Origin: a virus
DNA: 64,000 nucleotides
Strand: one strand, 5' to 3'
Virus record (IMG/VR): IMGVR_UViG_3300020125_000051
Span: 1-64,000 of that record
Position 1 is the stretch's first letter, and each line of letters starts with the position of its first letter. Below, piece by piece: positions 1-10,582 of this stretch. Both the position numbers and the translations under genes were made by a program. The notes beneath the pieces were generated by a model. It saw only the letters and a list, made by a program, of their open reading frames with translations, was not told the DNA's origin and made no database searches.

Positions 1-751
1 CTAACGGCATTATTTTCCTCTCACACTCTTTTAATTTAAAGCTACTTACGAGGTTTACGAGCGCACCATGGTCGTTTTGCATAACTGAATATTGCGGATA
101 CCAATTGAACTTCTATGTCTCCGTTAAGAGATTTTACTCCAATTGGAATTCGCTGATTAGTCATTATAAGCAACCATACGTACCTAGTCTTCATCCGGTT
201 CAGTGGTAAGTATCCATGGTCCAAATTGGACACTCCAACCATAGGAGCTTCTAGAAATACCAAATCCCCAAATGCCTTTATACGTTCTATATGTTCTAAT
301 CTTGATCATAGAAAGGTTGCCCCATCCATTCATTGCCGGCCGCATCTATGTGCGTCTTACCTCTGTGATCCATGTCTAGAACACAGTGGTTACCTTCAAG
401 CCTAGGATGTGGCATTCCACACTTTTCTACTTCTCTTTCGCCGAAGTAGTCAAAGAAATCATCTAGTAGTGGTCTGCTGTCCATTTTTCACCTTTCCATG
501 GTATTCTGGGCACGTTCGTTTGTGCTTGATAATACCATCTTTATCTGCTTTTTCGTAACAAATAATACATCTCATGAAATCTCCAATTTCGATCTAATGA
601 GCATTTCCATGAAATAGAACCAGCGCAGCATAAGTATAATCACTGTGCCTAAAGCTTCCATATAAAGTAATGCTAGTACCATGTTATTTTGTCTCCTATT
701 TTAGTTGTGCAACACCACAGATGTCTCTAGTACATCTATGATGCAATACAA

Positions 752-1306
752 CTAACTAGCCTTACGTTGCTCCAATGGTGGCCAAATTGCACCAGGATGG
801 ACCGGACAGCCGGCATCATGCATAACTGAGCATGGACTACCGAAATTGTGGTCAAATCCCAATTCGTGACCAACTTCATGATTAACCACCATGATTGTCC
901 AATCAATTCCTTGCGCCATTTTATTTTTGTTTATGTTTACATAGCGTCCGTCATAAGTGGCGCACGAAACACGGTCATTTTCTGCTTCTGTGGGATATGG
1001 TTTACCACATAGCTCAGCAACATTAGTTTCATTAATTTCTCGAACAATAAAATCTGGACTAGTACCCGGCTTAGCTTGATGAATTCCAGCCCATGACCTA
1101 TCATCGTTCAAAATACAATAAACTTGATCTTCAAAATCAGAAGGACCGAGCGCAATATAACTCAGTCCCCAATTGTTTTTATTAGTACCAGGGTGTGTTT
1201 TACTACATGCAGAATTCTCCGCAATCACTGGTGCGGCTACTGTTTTCATAGGACCACAGGCAGTAAGTAGAAAAAGCACACAACCTAGTAAAATTCTAAG
1301 TTTCAT
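752..1306 (-). CDS. Lipoprotein zinc metallopeptidase (metzincin/matrixin, DUF3152-like)
   Basis: Lipobox LLTAC, HEVGHELGFDH zinc motif, Met-turn SVMH. Confidence 0.8.
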   Translation of the reverse strand: MKLRILLGCVLFLLTACGPMKTVAAPVIAENSACSKTHPGTNKNNWGLSYIALGPSDFEDQVYCILNDDRSWAGIHQAKPGTSPDFIVREINETNVAELCGKPYPTEAENDRVSCATYDGRYVNINKNKMAQGIDWTIMVVNHEVGHELGFDHNFGSPCSVMHDAGCPVHPGAIWPPLEQRKAS

Positions 1307-1524
1307 TCCAAAACTTTTCCAATTCTACTGGATCAATGGCAAGCTTCACCATTAAATCATGTTTCAAAGTAGCACGCCTAATCTCAATTTCATCTTCAAA
1401 ATTTAGCTTAGCGCGCCTTATGTACAATCGTTGGATGTCCTTAATGTCAATTTTCACTTTGGTTTCCTTAATATAGTTAATTGTACAACACAGTACTCAG
1501 TTACCTGAGTACCATGCAATGCAA

Positions 1525-2232
1525 TTAACTACCAATGGATTTGCGAGTTGTTCCACCTACGCGAGTCTGACCGATGTCAGCGTTTCTACCAGCAGTAGAA
1601 CCAGCCGCGTAAGCGCCAGCATGAGTAGCATAACTCTGACCAATTTTACTTGTTCTCGGGTATGCCTCGCGGAACATGTTACGTACCGCAACAGACTTCT
1701 CCATTAGTACAATATCCATCCCGCTGGATTCAGTCCGTACTTCATTCTGAGCGCGCGTGTACGCATCACGTACCCGCTGTGAAACAGTAGCCGCATAACC
1801 AGCAATCCAGGAGTGATTAAACGTCTTGCCGTGCACTCCCTTTGGCTTTACTGCACTAGCTAGCCCGTTGTTCATCTGAATGATCAACGAACCATAGAGC
1901 ATAAATACTCTCTCCTGATCATTCTCGAATCCGAATACACGAACGCGAGTGTGATCATCGATAACAATACTTTCACAACCAAAAGCCTTACCAATGTGGT
2001 AAAGAATTTTAGCCTTAGCCAATGCATAGGGTGCTGGAATCCGATAGGACAGATCCACCAACTTATAAGTTGGCTTTGCTTGTCCAGCTTCTAGCATGGC
2101 TTCTTCGATGCCATGCTTAGCCATCAGGAACGTAATCTTATCTACGATAGCGTTACGCTCATCTAGCGAAGTTGCCGGATCCTCTGCCTTAGCCATCAGC
2201 TTAAGGATAATATCTTTCCAATTCTTTTCCAT
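1525..2232 (-). CDS. DUF2786-domain protein
   Basis: N-terminal ILKLMAKAEDP...LMAKHGI pattern and C-terminal AYAAGSTAGRNADIG. Confidence 0.7.
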   Translation of the reverse strand: MEKNWKDIILKLMAKAEDPATSLDERNAIVDKITFLMAKHGIEEAMLEAGQAKPTYKLVDLSYRIPAPYALAKAKILYHIGKAFGCESIVIDDHTRVRVFGFENDQERVFMLYGSLIIQMNNGLASAVKPKGVHGKTFNHSWIAGYAATVSQRVRDAYTRAQNEVRTESSGMDIVLMEKSVAVRNMFREAYPRTSKIGQSYATHAGAYAAGSTAGRNADIGQTRVGGTTRKSIGS

Positions 2233-2310
2233 TTTTATCCTTTGTTAGTATTTTATCCATTTTTAGTAGTGCAACACCACGCTGGTTTTCACCAGCATGA
2301 TGCAACGCTA

Positions 2311-2757
2311 CTAAATCTCGATCTCTATAATGCCTTCTAGCGCATCTTCAGCATCATTTAGTGCTTTTTTGCGGTCGATCAATTCCTCACCCAAATCTGG
2401 GTTTGCAATGACCCAGCGCACATGAGCCTCAAACTTATCAAAGTCGCTAGTCACACAATAGAAAATACTCTGAGCTTGTTCTTCAGTCAAGCCAAGAGTT
2501 GCCATTGCTGCATCTTCGAAAGAATATGCGTCACTGCCGTCAGGCATTAGTGGCCTATAACCACCATGAGCACGATCATTCACTTTGATTCGATTAGTAA
2601 GAAACTGGGCAGTACCAGCAAAGCAAAACGTTGACTTGCAAAGATCAACATTACCATCATTCCCATATTCTGGGATTACAAACAAGTTTTGATCCCACTG
2701 GTTACGATGTGCACGAATCCAGTCAAGCGTCTGCTCTACCAATTCCAAATTTACCAT
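2311..2757 (-). CDS. Hypothetical phage protein
   Basis: ORF with AAGGA RBS; WDQ...CKSTFCFAG motif. Confidence 0.65.
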   Translation of the reverse strand: MVNLELVEQTLDWIRAHRNQWDQNLFVIPEYGNDGNVDLCKSTFCFAGTAQFLTNRIKVNDRAHGGYRPLMPDGSDAYSFEDAAMATLGLTEEQAQSIFYCVTSDFDKFEAHVRWVIANPDLGEELIDRKKALNDAEDALEGIIEIEI

Positions 2758-2845
2758 TACTTATCCTTTGTTAGTTTTATTCCATTCCAATTTAATCGTG
2801 CAACACACTGTCTGTGGCAAATCCCACAGGCAGCATGCAACGCGA

Positions 2846-3037
2846 CTAACCTGATACCTTCGCGTTAATTGCAGTATTCACCAATTCTTCAACTTCATCT
2901 TTTGGAAGATTCAGTCTTGTCATTAGGTCTTCAATCATGTTATCATGCCATGTCCAGACCATAATGTTGAAGTGGCGAACCTCAGTTTCTACAATGTTGT
3001 CAATTTCTTCTGGTGTTAGTTGTTTCTTTGTTGCCAT
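2846..3037 (-). CDS. Hypothetical protein
   Basis: GAGG RBS; stop codon lies in a family-1 hairpin. Confidence 0.6.
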   Translation of the reverse strand: MATKKQLTPEEIDNIVETEVRHFNIMVWTWHDNMIEDLMTRLNLPKDEVEELVNTAINAKVSG

Positions 3038-3112
3038 TTTACCTCTTTTTTGTTATGAAAACACATAATTCCATAGCAACTGCAAAAAGAAGTATTCCTG
3101 CAATTGTCCAAA

Positions 3113-3370
3113 TTATTCCCATTTTGCTTTGTTCTGAGAAATATGTGTTCCACGAGATTTAAGCATCATTTCCAAGTTATCTACTCGGATCTGTGCCTGC
3201 TCCCATTCACGATCACGTCTAACGTCTTCATATTCCATCGCGTCGCCACCAGTAATGCATTTCGTGCAATACTTAGGTGGTCGACCACGTCGAGACGGAA
3301 TCATGAAGATTTCATTACATGCATTGCAGAATAAGCTCATTAGCTTTTCTGGAACTTCAACTGTTGTCAT
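3113..3370 (-). CDS. Small zinc-ribbon protein
   Basis: CNAC...RRGRPPKYCTKC. Confidence 0.6.
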   Translation of the reverse strand: MTTVEVPEKLMSLFCNACNEIFMIPSRRGRPPKYCTKCITGGDAMEYEDVRRDREWEQAQIRVDNLEMMLKSRGTHISQNKAKWE

Positions 3371-4771
3371 TTTTGTCCTTTTGTTATAGTTGATAGTTCA
3401 ACACCACAGTAGTGCGAGACTACTATGATGCAAAGCTATCAATCCAGCGTTACACCAGTAATTCTAGATTTTAGTGTTCTTATTACTTTTTTAACTTGTG
3501 GCATCAAGCATCCCAAGATGGTTCATTGTTAACTTTTGAACAACGCTCTACGAAACCCTGAAAACCTAGTTCTACCCAATCATGCTCTTCTAATGGAAGA
3601 CCACAAACCTCACACACTCTAGAGTTTACTAGGTAGTACTTAATAAACTCTTGATCTATGAACAATAGACCATTTAGCTTTTTCTTCTGTATTCCTACTC
3701 CTACGGTTGCCATTAGTGCAAGCCTCGCATTTGTGAGGTACCGCAGTCGTGACAGACTCGCAGCATAACAGGTGCATTATCCTGCCGATGGTCAAACTCA
3801 GTGGCTTGTGGCACGCCAACCGTTACGGTGCGCCGATGCCAGCGTGACCAACGATGACCTAGACAAATTCCAAATATTCTCATTTTCTGTGTCCTTTTTG
3901 TCTAGAAATTTCTGCAAATTTCCGTTTTAAGTTAGATGTGCATATCGTCACGCATCGGTGGATGTGTAACAATAAACTCCGCTAACTTCTACATACATGG
4001 TACATCTTTTTTAATCTGGGTGCAAGGGGTACCACACTACCGGGTTATTTATTTCGTTGCCCAGCGTGGCGTACAGCCCGGCTAGCTGACCCGTCCAGGT
4101 CGGCTAGCTCGGCTGCGCGTCAAGATCAAATTACCTGAAAATCTGTACATTTCCAGTCATTAGGTAAGTTATTGTTATCATTGTTAAGTGAGAGCATTCT
4201 ATCCAATTCCTTGAATTTAATGGCAATCAGGTACATAGTTTTCATAAACTCACCTTCCGCCAAAGTCTGCTCCATTACACCCAGAAAGGTCCGGATTTCT
4301 TGGAGTAGTTGCTCCGTCGGTTGTTCATTTGTTCCATCCATATTTTCATTTCCTTTTCCATTAAAATGTGTGCGTTATACAGATCTTGAATCGTGCCACG
4401 AGCAGAAGCACCACAGGAGCAGGTCAATACGGAAATCGCCCGCCAAAGACCTACTTTGTGATACATTACTTGATGTGGCAAACCGGCAATTAGCCAATTA
4501 CTTGGCAATTGCAAGTTATGTGGTTGTGGTACATTCAATTATTCTCCCTATTCAAGTTTCTATTAGGTGAATAACACCACGCTGGCACTTGTCCAGCATG
4601 ATGCAAAACACCTACATTTTCTTATCCTTTTCAATTTCTCGCAGACAATTCAAGCAAGTAACTTCTTCAAGATTCTGAGAATAACTCTTAGGTCGGTACC
4701 TATTCCAGCCGTGCAGAGACTTCCCACAGGCAGTAATCTGATTCAACCCAAAAGATATATCGTAGTGTGTT

Positions 4772-5158
4772 TTAGATTTGGTTGCCATCTTCATCACTTC
4801 GCTTTAGAACGTCTTCTTTGATAGGAATACCTGCTGCTTCAGCAGCACTACGTCGATGATAACCTACTTCATAATTATCATCTTCCAACCTAACGATTCT
4901 AGTACCAGGAATCTGGTACTTTACCTTAGGTGGTTGCACGCTTTCTACTGTGATGCTCTCACCAAAGTTATGGTCTTCTATCATACTTACTTCGTCCGTG
5001 AAAATTTCCAATTTTTCTTCATAATCACGGTTACGCTCGAATTCGGCTGCTTCCTGTGGGGTTTTGCAACCCGGGTAAGTTTTCGAATTAAATGGTACAC
5101 GATGCTCAACCGTAACTGTCTGACGAATTACAATAACATACTCGTTTTCAGTAGTCAT
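4772..5158 (-). CDS. Hypothetical protein
   Basis: ORF overlapping its neighbours in the leftward operon. Confidence 0.55.
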   Translation of the reverse strand: MTTENEYVIVIRQTVTVEHRVPFNSKTYPGCKTPQEAAEFERNRDYEEKLEIFTDEVSMIEDHNFGESITVESVQPPKVKYQIPGTRIVRLEDDNYEVGYHRRSAAEAAGIPIKEDVLKRSDEDGNQI

Positions 5159-5660
5159 CGCTCTCGCTCTCTCGGTCGTCGCTCCATATAATATAGTTAT
5201 ATGGAAGGACTAGCGCACGCCAGTTAAAAGGATAATCTATATATGTGGTAGACAACGAGGCCCACCAAATTAGATTGGTAGTTACGTAAGCAACCACAAA
5301 AGTAGCAAAAAGTATGGCAAAAATAATACCAAGCATTTACTTACCTTTCAAATTGACCAAAATTTTCAATTAGTTGTGCAACACAATACTCGTCTGAAAA
5401 AGACGAGTATCATGCAACGCAACTAAATTTAATTCTTACTGTTGTCGTCGGCTCTTTGACAGAAACACCACAGGATCAGCCTTGCACTTGCCGGACTGAT
5501 TAGCTACAGCCCGTGCATATGCCTCATCCTGCAACTTGCGTCGATGATCCCGCATTGCCCGTTTTCCCTGTGGTCCGCTAAATACACTCATATTTTCTCT
5601 TTTCTGGTTCCGACTCAATTTAAAAGTGTCAATTTTTGAGGACTTTATTTGTCAACACAA

Positions 5661-5702
5661 ATAGCAGAAGACAGTTACTGGCGAGTAACTGTCTTCTGCT
5701 AT
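5661..5702 (-). terminator. Intrinsic terminator-like hairpin
   Basis: Perfect 19-bp stem with a 4-nt loop, followed by a U-rich run on the minus strand. Confidence 0.6.
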
Positions 5703-5709
5703 CATAAAG

Positions 5710-5838
5710 TGGCTACGGTAGGAATCGAACCTACTAACCCCGGACCGTAACTATTTTTACATAATTACGGTAGCCCGGCCCGCACGTTCGGAGGGTCTAT
5801 TTAGATACGTCCTAATAGTGCTATATCCAGGGATAGCC
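5710..5838 (-). ncRNA. tRNA-like ncRNA (~129 nt)
   Basis: Canonical T arm GUAGG-UUCGAUU-CCUAC and acceptor-like pairing GGCUAU/GUAGCC+A; no normal D or anticodon arm. Confidence 0.55.
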
Positions 5839-5987
5839 TAGAATGGCAGTTGATTTCGGACAATCTGCCAATGTCCTATGTTTTTGTTGCTTTTACCGAA
5901 TTGTCCATATTATTCCTTACCTTTCGGGTTGGATGGACATAGCACGGTATGTCCCTTTCGGGACATACCGCACTAAATCAACCCAAC

Positions 5988-6755
5988 TTACTCGTTGTCG
6001 TCTTCATTGTCCGCTTCGACCGGCTTGCCGGACTTCTTAGCCTTAGCTGCCTTTTCAGCTTCCTTGGCTGCCATGTCCGCATTGAACCGATCCGTTGCTT
6101 CCTGAATAGTCGTCGAAACCTGATCAACGTCTACGCTCTGCTCCTTAAGGAATCCCTGGTACTTCTCGATCAGCTTAGTAGTCTGTTCCTTACGACCAGT
6201 CCATAGCGCAAGCCGGGAACTAGTGTAAAGATCCTTGTACACCGCTGCGCCGAGAAGCGACAGGTTATCCTCTGCGGTGCGCGAGCTAGCGCGCTGGGCA
6301 CCGGTACCACGAGTAGACAAGCGCTCCTTACGGTTAGTCCACCATTCGGTAGCCTCATCACGCTTGATGTAAACTCGCGGTTCAGCATCATCCGGACCCT
6401 TCACAAGAATGTGCGGGATCCGCTCACGCTGAGCCTTGACAGTCTGGTAAACAGACTGCGGAACGACATAGTCATTCGCGTCAAGGTCCAGACCAGCGGT
6501 GATCTTAGCCTTCATTAGGGCCTGAGTCATGTGTGCAGCGAATTCAGTAACCGACATGGCGCCGTCCGGAACCTCTGCAACAGTCTCCACAGGAGCATCA
6601 ACAGTAGCGTCGCCGCTTCCGTCGGTTGCTGAATCCTGCGAATCACCACTAGTAGCTTCGGTGACGTTTTCGGTAGAAGTGTCGTCGGTTGCGGTAGAAG
6701 TGCCCGCAGTCTCGATACCCGCGAAAATGTCAACGTCAGTGTTACTCTGGGTCAT
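5988..6755 (-). CDS. Hypothetical protein with acidic N-terminus and charged C-terminus
   Basis: 255-aa ORF, GAGG RBS, more GC-rich than its neighbours, own promoter candidate. Confidence 0.75.
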   Translation of the reverse strand: MTQSNTDVDIFAGIETAGTSTATDDTSTENVTEATSGDSQDSATDGSGDATVDAPVETVAEVPDGAMSVTEFAAHMTQALMKAKITAGLDLDANDYVVPQSVYQTVKAQRERIPHILVKGPDDAEPRVYIKRDEATEWWTNRKERLSTRGTGAQRASSRTAEDNLSLLGAAVYKDLYTSSRLALWTGRKEQTTKLIEKYQGFLKEQSVDVDQVSTTIQEATDRFNADMAAKEAEKAAKAKKSGKPVEADNEDDNE

Positions 6756-6840
6756 TTTGTTGCCTCTCTTGTTTTGTGTGGATCTTGTTTTTTCTTTGGA
6801 TCTTGAGCAGAGTGATCGTCCAGTTTTGAATGACCTGCTC

Positions 6841-6878
6841 TCTGCCTTACATGGTCCATTCTACCATGTAAGGCAGGC
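6841..6878 (-). promoter_or_regulatory. Extended -10 promoter (TGGTAGAAT) inside an inverted repeat
   Basis: CTGCCTTACATGG...CCATGTAAGGCAG palindrome overlapping TGnTAGAAT. Confidence 0.5.
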
Positions 6879-6928
6879 AACATGCCAGTCTATTTTAGCT
6901 GTTTCCCAAGATTTTTTAGGTTAGAAGA

Positions 6929-7840
6929 CTAGAACAGGTGTCCTAGTCGGGTTAGGTGGTCTATGACCTTGATGCCCGGTTTAGCCGGAAAAATGATGTG
7001 TTTGGGTCGCCCGATGTTGCCATCACGGTAGGCACCCAAATTAATCAAACCATACTTAAATAAATAGTTTAGGTCGGTTCGGGCTTTTTGTCTCAAAAGT
7101 GCAGTTGGTACAAATCCTTTCAATACCTGCATTCCTGGTACATGTGAGACATTTAGCATTACAATGTTGAAGTCTTTATCCGGTTCTGCTACTTTTGCCC
7201 GAAAATCACTTAAACGTTGGGCACGCGGCACTAATGCATCTTGTTCACGTTGTGCTTTTTGTTCATTTTGTTCCTTTTGTTCCTTTTCTTGTGCTGTGTC
7301 ACTTGTGTCATATATTGGTGCTTTACCTTCTCTTACGCGGTTTTCGGCTGCATTTATGGCTTTTAGAATTACTTGCAGCATTTTGAGTGATCTGATTGGA
7401 ATAGTTGCTTTTACGAAGAAATCATCGGCGTCGTCCCAAGTGTTAGGATTGTATGCGATATCGTGCCCTGCGCGATCATTTATCTCTCTTATTACGTCTA
7501 TGGCCTGTTCTGCCTTGATTAGGCCATTGTTTACTAATTGTCCGGTTACTGTGCATAACGGTGGATCATAGTATTTGCTGCCGGCTAGGCAGCTTCTGTC
7601 GTGCATTTCCATTAAGTCTTGATTGTTCGAAAGTATCTTTTCGTAACTTACCTGTGGATCTGTGATGTTTAGTGTGTTGTCGTCCGATTTGGCCTGTTGG
7701 GCTAGTTTTAGGTCATAATAGCGTGATTCTAGCCATACGGCTAGCTCTAGGCTCATGTCGCCTAAGTGGTCCGCATATTCTCCGCCTTGTCCTATCTTAT
7801 GGGCGAAAAAGATGGTATCTCCGAGATTTACGATAGCCAT
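6929..7840 (-). CDS. Hypothetical protein (303 aa)
   Basis: Long ORF with AAGG RBS; no family recognised. Confidence 0.7.
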   Translation of the reverse strand: MAIVNLGDTIFFAHKIGQGGEYADHLGDMSLELAVWLESRYYDLKLAQQAKSDDNTLNITDPQVSYEKILSNNQDLMEMHDRSCLAGSKYYDPPLCTVTGQLVNNGLIKAEQAIDVIREINDRAGHDIAYNPNTWDDADDFFVKATIPIRSLKMLQVILKAINAAENRVREGKAPIYDTSDTAQEKEQKEQNEQKAQREQDALVPRAQRLSDFRAKVAEPDKDFNIVMLNVSHVPGMQVLKGFVPTALLRQKARTDLNYLFKYGLINLGAYRDGNIGRPKHIIFPAKPGIKVIDHLTRLGHLF

Positions 7841-8724
7841 TCCGTTACCTTACTCGTGATCTTATTGATAGACATGGGTCGATAGTACATATGTGCTATA
7901 AATCCAGGACAGTCAATATGATTACTGAGCGTTAGTGTGGATCTTGAAAATTGTTACGGAGAGTATTGGTAATTAACGCGCACATACGTGCTAAAAAAAT
8001 CTTTTGACGTGTCAACCGATGGCGCTTAAGGCTCTCGAATCGGACAGAAAACATCCGATCCCGATGCCGTAACCGACCCTAAGTGTACATCTGAAACGCG
8101 CCGACACGGTCACGGTTAGGTTGCAGTGCAGTTAAATAAAATATGAAATATGTTTTGTGATTTAGTGGTGGGTGGTTGGGGTATGAACAAATGCTTTTTT
8201 ACATATAGGGTCGATTAAGGTTTGCAAAAAGATTGCTTTAAAAACAAATGAAATATTTCAGAAGAAACAAATATCCGGTTTGGAAGGATTATTCGGGAAT
8301 TTCTTGCCAGGCATTCCGGGCCTTTTGACAACCTTAGAAAATAGGTATGATGTTCGTTGGTATATGAAAATTGGCATCGTATACGAGAGCAGATTGTGTG
8401 AAATGGGTTGATTGGGTGGGTTTGTCCAGGAAAATCGGACATGTCCGTTTTGGTAGGGTGTCGCGTTTGGAATGGGTAGGTGGTAAGGTCCTTCATTAGG
8501 TTCTTTACGGCAACTTGCCCAACTAATGCCCATCGTGCCCCACTATGCCCCCATATGTCCGTTTTGAAAAAATCTTGCGGGCTGTTTGTCCGACTGGATG
8601 GGAATTGTCCAATTTTTGAGGAGTTGGGTTGGTATGCCCAAATATGTCCGAATTATGACGACCATTCAAGATCATCTATGATCGATGATCTTGAATGATC
8701 GTTACAATTCGGCTTTGTGAGGTT

Positions 8725-9006
8725 CTAGGATGCTTTGTCCTGATTGTCCGATTTGCTGAGTTCACCCCATATGAAGTTATATCCAGCCAATCGGGTGGAT
8801 GTGGACGGACCTGTCCTAGAAAGTCGGGCTTCGGTAGCTTCGTCCGCTATCTGGCAGTCTGTACCTTTCCGGTAGATAAGTCCGACTGCGTTGGGTTTGC
8901 GAATTCCACCCTGCTTTGGGCCGAATGGGTGCTTTGTCCGTTTTCCCTTCTTTTTGGTGGTATAAGGCATTGGAGGTAGATTGGGTGAATTGTCTTCAAT
9001 GTCCAT
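8725..9006 (-). CDS. Basic hypothetical protein
   Basis: GGAG RBS, 93-aa ORF. Confidence 0.5.
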   Translation of the reverse strand: MDIEDNSPNLPPMPYTTKKKGKRTKHPFGPKQGGIRKPNAVGLIYRKGTDCQIADEATEARLSRTGPSTSTRLAGYNFIWGELSKSDNQDKAS

Positions 9007-9204
9007 TTCGTCTCCGTTGTCTTAGTTGATCTTGGTAGCTTGCGCGGCTCACCTGTGGTGGGTGGCTCACGCGGCCCGCTGTACGGGCGTCTGAGCGCTG
9101 TTGATCATGTTGCGGGTACCCTGACCAGGGTCCGCTTAGTTGATCATGTCCTAGACGCTCACAGCCAAGATCCGTACATGCGTGCGGATCATGACTGAAA
9201 CCGA

Positions 9205-9510
9205 CTAGCTGTAAAATCCTGAAATTCGGGTCATTAACCTGATTTTACTTTGATGTCCAGATGTGCTAGAACTGTACTTAACATCTGGAATGACCCATTC
9301 TGTCCCATTATACCATGCAATAGGCGTTTGGTACGAGTAGATCGTATAGACCACATTTGTCGCCTTTAGCTGATCTACTAGGAATGATGGCAAACGTCCG
9401 TATTGATACGGTTTGCACTGAGTGCCCCGTACATTACCAATATCGAACGCTTTGAAGTGATCGATACCAGCTTGCATGGTTTTGAGGGTAGTTCTGCCGT
9501 AAAGTGCCAT
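9205..9510 (-). CDS. Conserved-type phage early protein
   Basis: AGGAG RBS; YSYQTPIAW...YSSSTSGHQS motif. Confidence 0.7.
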   Translation of the reverse strand: MALYGRTTLKTMQAGIDHFKAFDIGNVRGTQCKPYQYGRLPSFLVDQLKATNVVYTIYSYQTPIAWYNGTEWVIPDVKYSSSTSGHQSKIRLMTRISGFYS

Positions 9511-9584
9511 TTTGTACTCCTAAATGTTGGTTTAGGTGGATTTAGTGCAAAACGGAGCAGATGTCCGTTTTGCACTAAATCCAT

Positions 9585-9803
9585 CTAACGTGGCGAGTCG
9601 TACGTATCGAACGACCAACCCCATTTGTCCATTTGTTCGTACTTTGCGTGTGTCCAGTTGATTATGGTAGTAACGTCATCGCTTGTGTCAATTAGGAAAA
9701 AATGGCCGGTTGGTGTTACAATGGCAATTTTGTTCATTTCCGTCTTGACTAGAACGATTGTCCCGTTGTCGGTGGTTGCTACCGCTTCATACCTGTTTGT
9801 CAC
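9585..9803 (-). CDS. Hypothetical protein
   Basis: AGGAG RBS, GTG start, bounded by family-2 hairpins. Confidence 0.65.
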   Translation of the reverse strand: MTNRYEAVATTDNGTIVLVKTEMNKIAIVTPTGHFFLIDTSDDVTTIINWTHAKYEQMDKWGWSFDTYDSPR

Positions 9804-9877
9804 CTTAGTCTCCTAAAGTAGTGAATTAGGTGGACATGCGGCAAAACGGCGCAATGTCCGTTTTGCCTGATCTCTAC

Positions 9878-10102
9878 CTAATTTCCATATGAAGGCATTT
9901 CGCCCCACGTGTCCTGAAGTGAAGGAGAATCGTAGTGAAAGTCGTCTATGTCCTCAAAGTACGATTCGTCCTCTGAGTCCCAATCGCCTTGAATGGTGTA
10001 TTTGTCTTCATAGTCCGATTCGAGAAAATCGTCCTCGTTCATGAAGTATGCTACTCCTATCATGGTTTGATCTGAAATGTCCGTTTCATCCGGTAGTAAC
10101 AT
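9878..10102 (-). CDS. Very acidic small protein
   Basis: Asp/Glu-rich with aromatic residues; AAGGA RBS. Confidence 0.65.
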   Translation of the reverse strand: MLLPDETDISDQTMIGVAYFMNEDDFLESDYEDKYTIQGDWDSEDESYFEDIDDFHYDSPSLQDTWGEMPSYGN

Positions 10103-10187
10103 TTTTATTCCTTTTGTTTGGATTTAGGTGGACATGGAGTGATTGGGATGATAACATCCCAATCAAACCAAATCTACCTAATCGTCA

Positions 10188-10328
10188 TCAATGAGACGGT
10201 TTGTCTTTTTCGTACAGCTTTGTGCTGTCAAAGCACAATTCGTCCTTTTCGTGCTGTCCATCACACATGGGACATGTGAGGCTATTGTACCTTTCTTCCT
10301 CATAATCCCGTTCCTGGTCATTGTCCAC
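10188..10328 (-). CDS. Small CxxC protein (46 aa, not in ORF track)
   Basis: GTG start; MDNDQERDYEEERYNSLTCPMCDGQHEKDELC... Confidence 0.5.
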   Translation of the reverse strand: MDNDQERDYEEERYNSLTCPMCDGQHEKDELCFDSTKLYEKDKPSH

Positions 10329-10582
10329 TGTTTGTCCCCTTCATTACGATCCTGCCCTTCCCTCCCCTTATGACACAATCTAGGTACAATTGCGCCAAAT
10401 CGTCCGATTGAACGGCTTTTGCCCAATTTTTGAGGAATCTATTAATCCTCTTGATTTGAGCAGGTCTGAGGGTAATGCGGTAGTTTCGCATGACTTGTCC
10501 TTATTTGGTTGGGGTTATCCACTTTTAGGTGGATATGAACCAGGATGTCCCTTTTGAGACATCCTGGAACATAAGCACCTAA

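Larger units (their letters stand above)
701..5426 (-). repeat. Family-1 intergenic hairpins, 7 copies (701-755, 1474-1531, 2262-2315, 2792-2849, 3390-3442, 4564-4614, 5370-5426)
   Basis: Shared AACAC...ATGCAA core, variable inner stem-loop and complementary outer arms. Each lies at or just after an upstream stop codon and before the next gene; pairing uses G-U on the minus strand. Confidence 0.9.
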
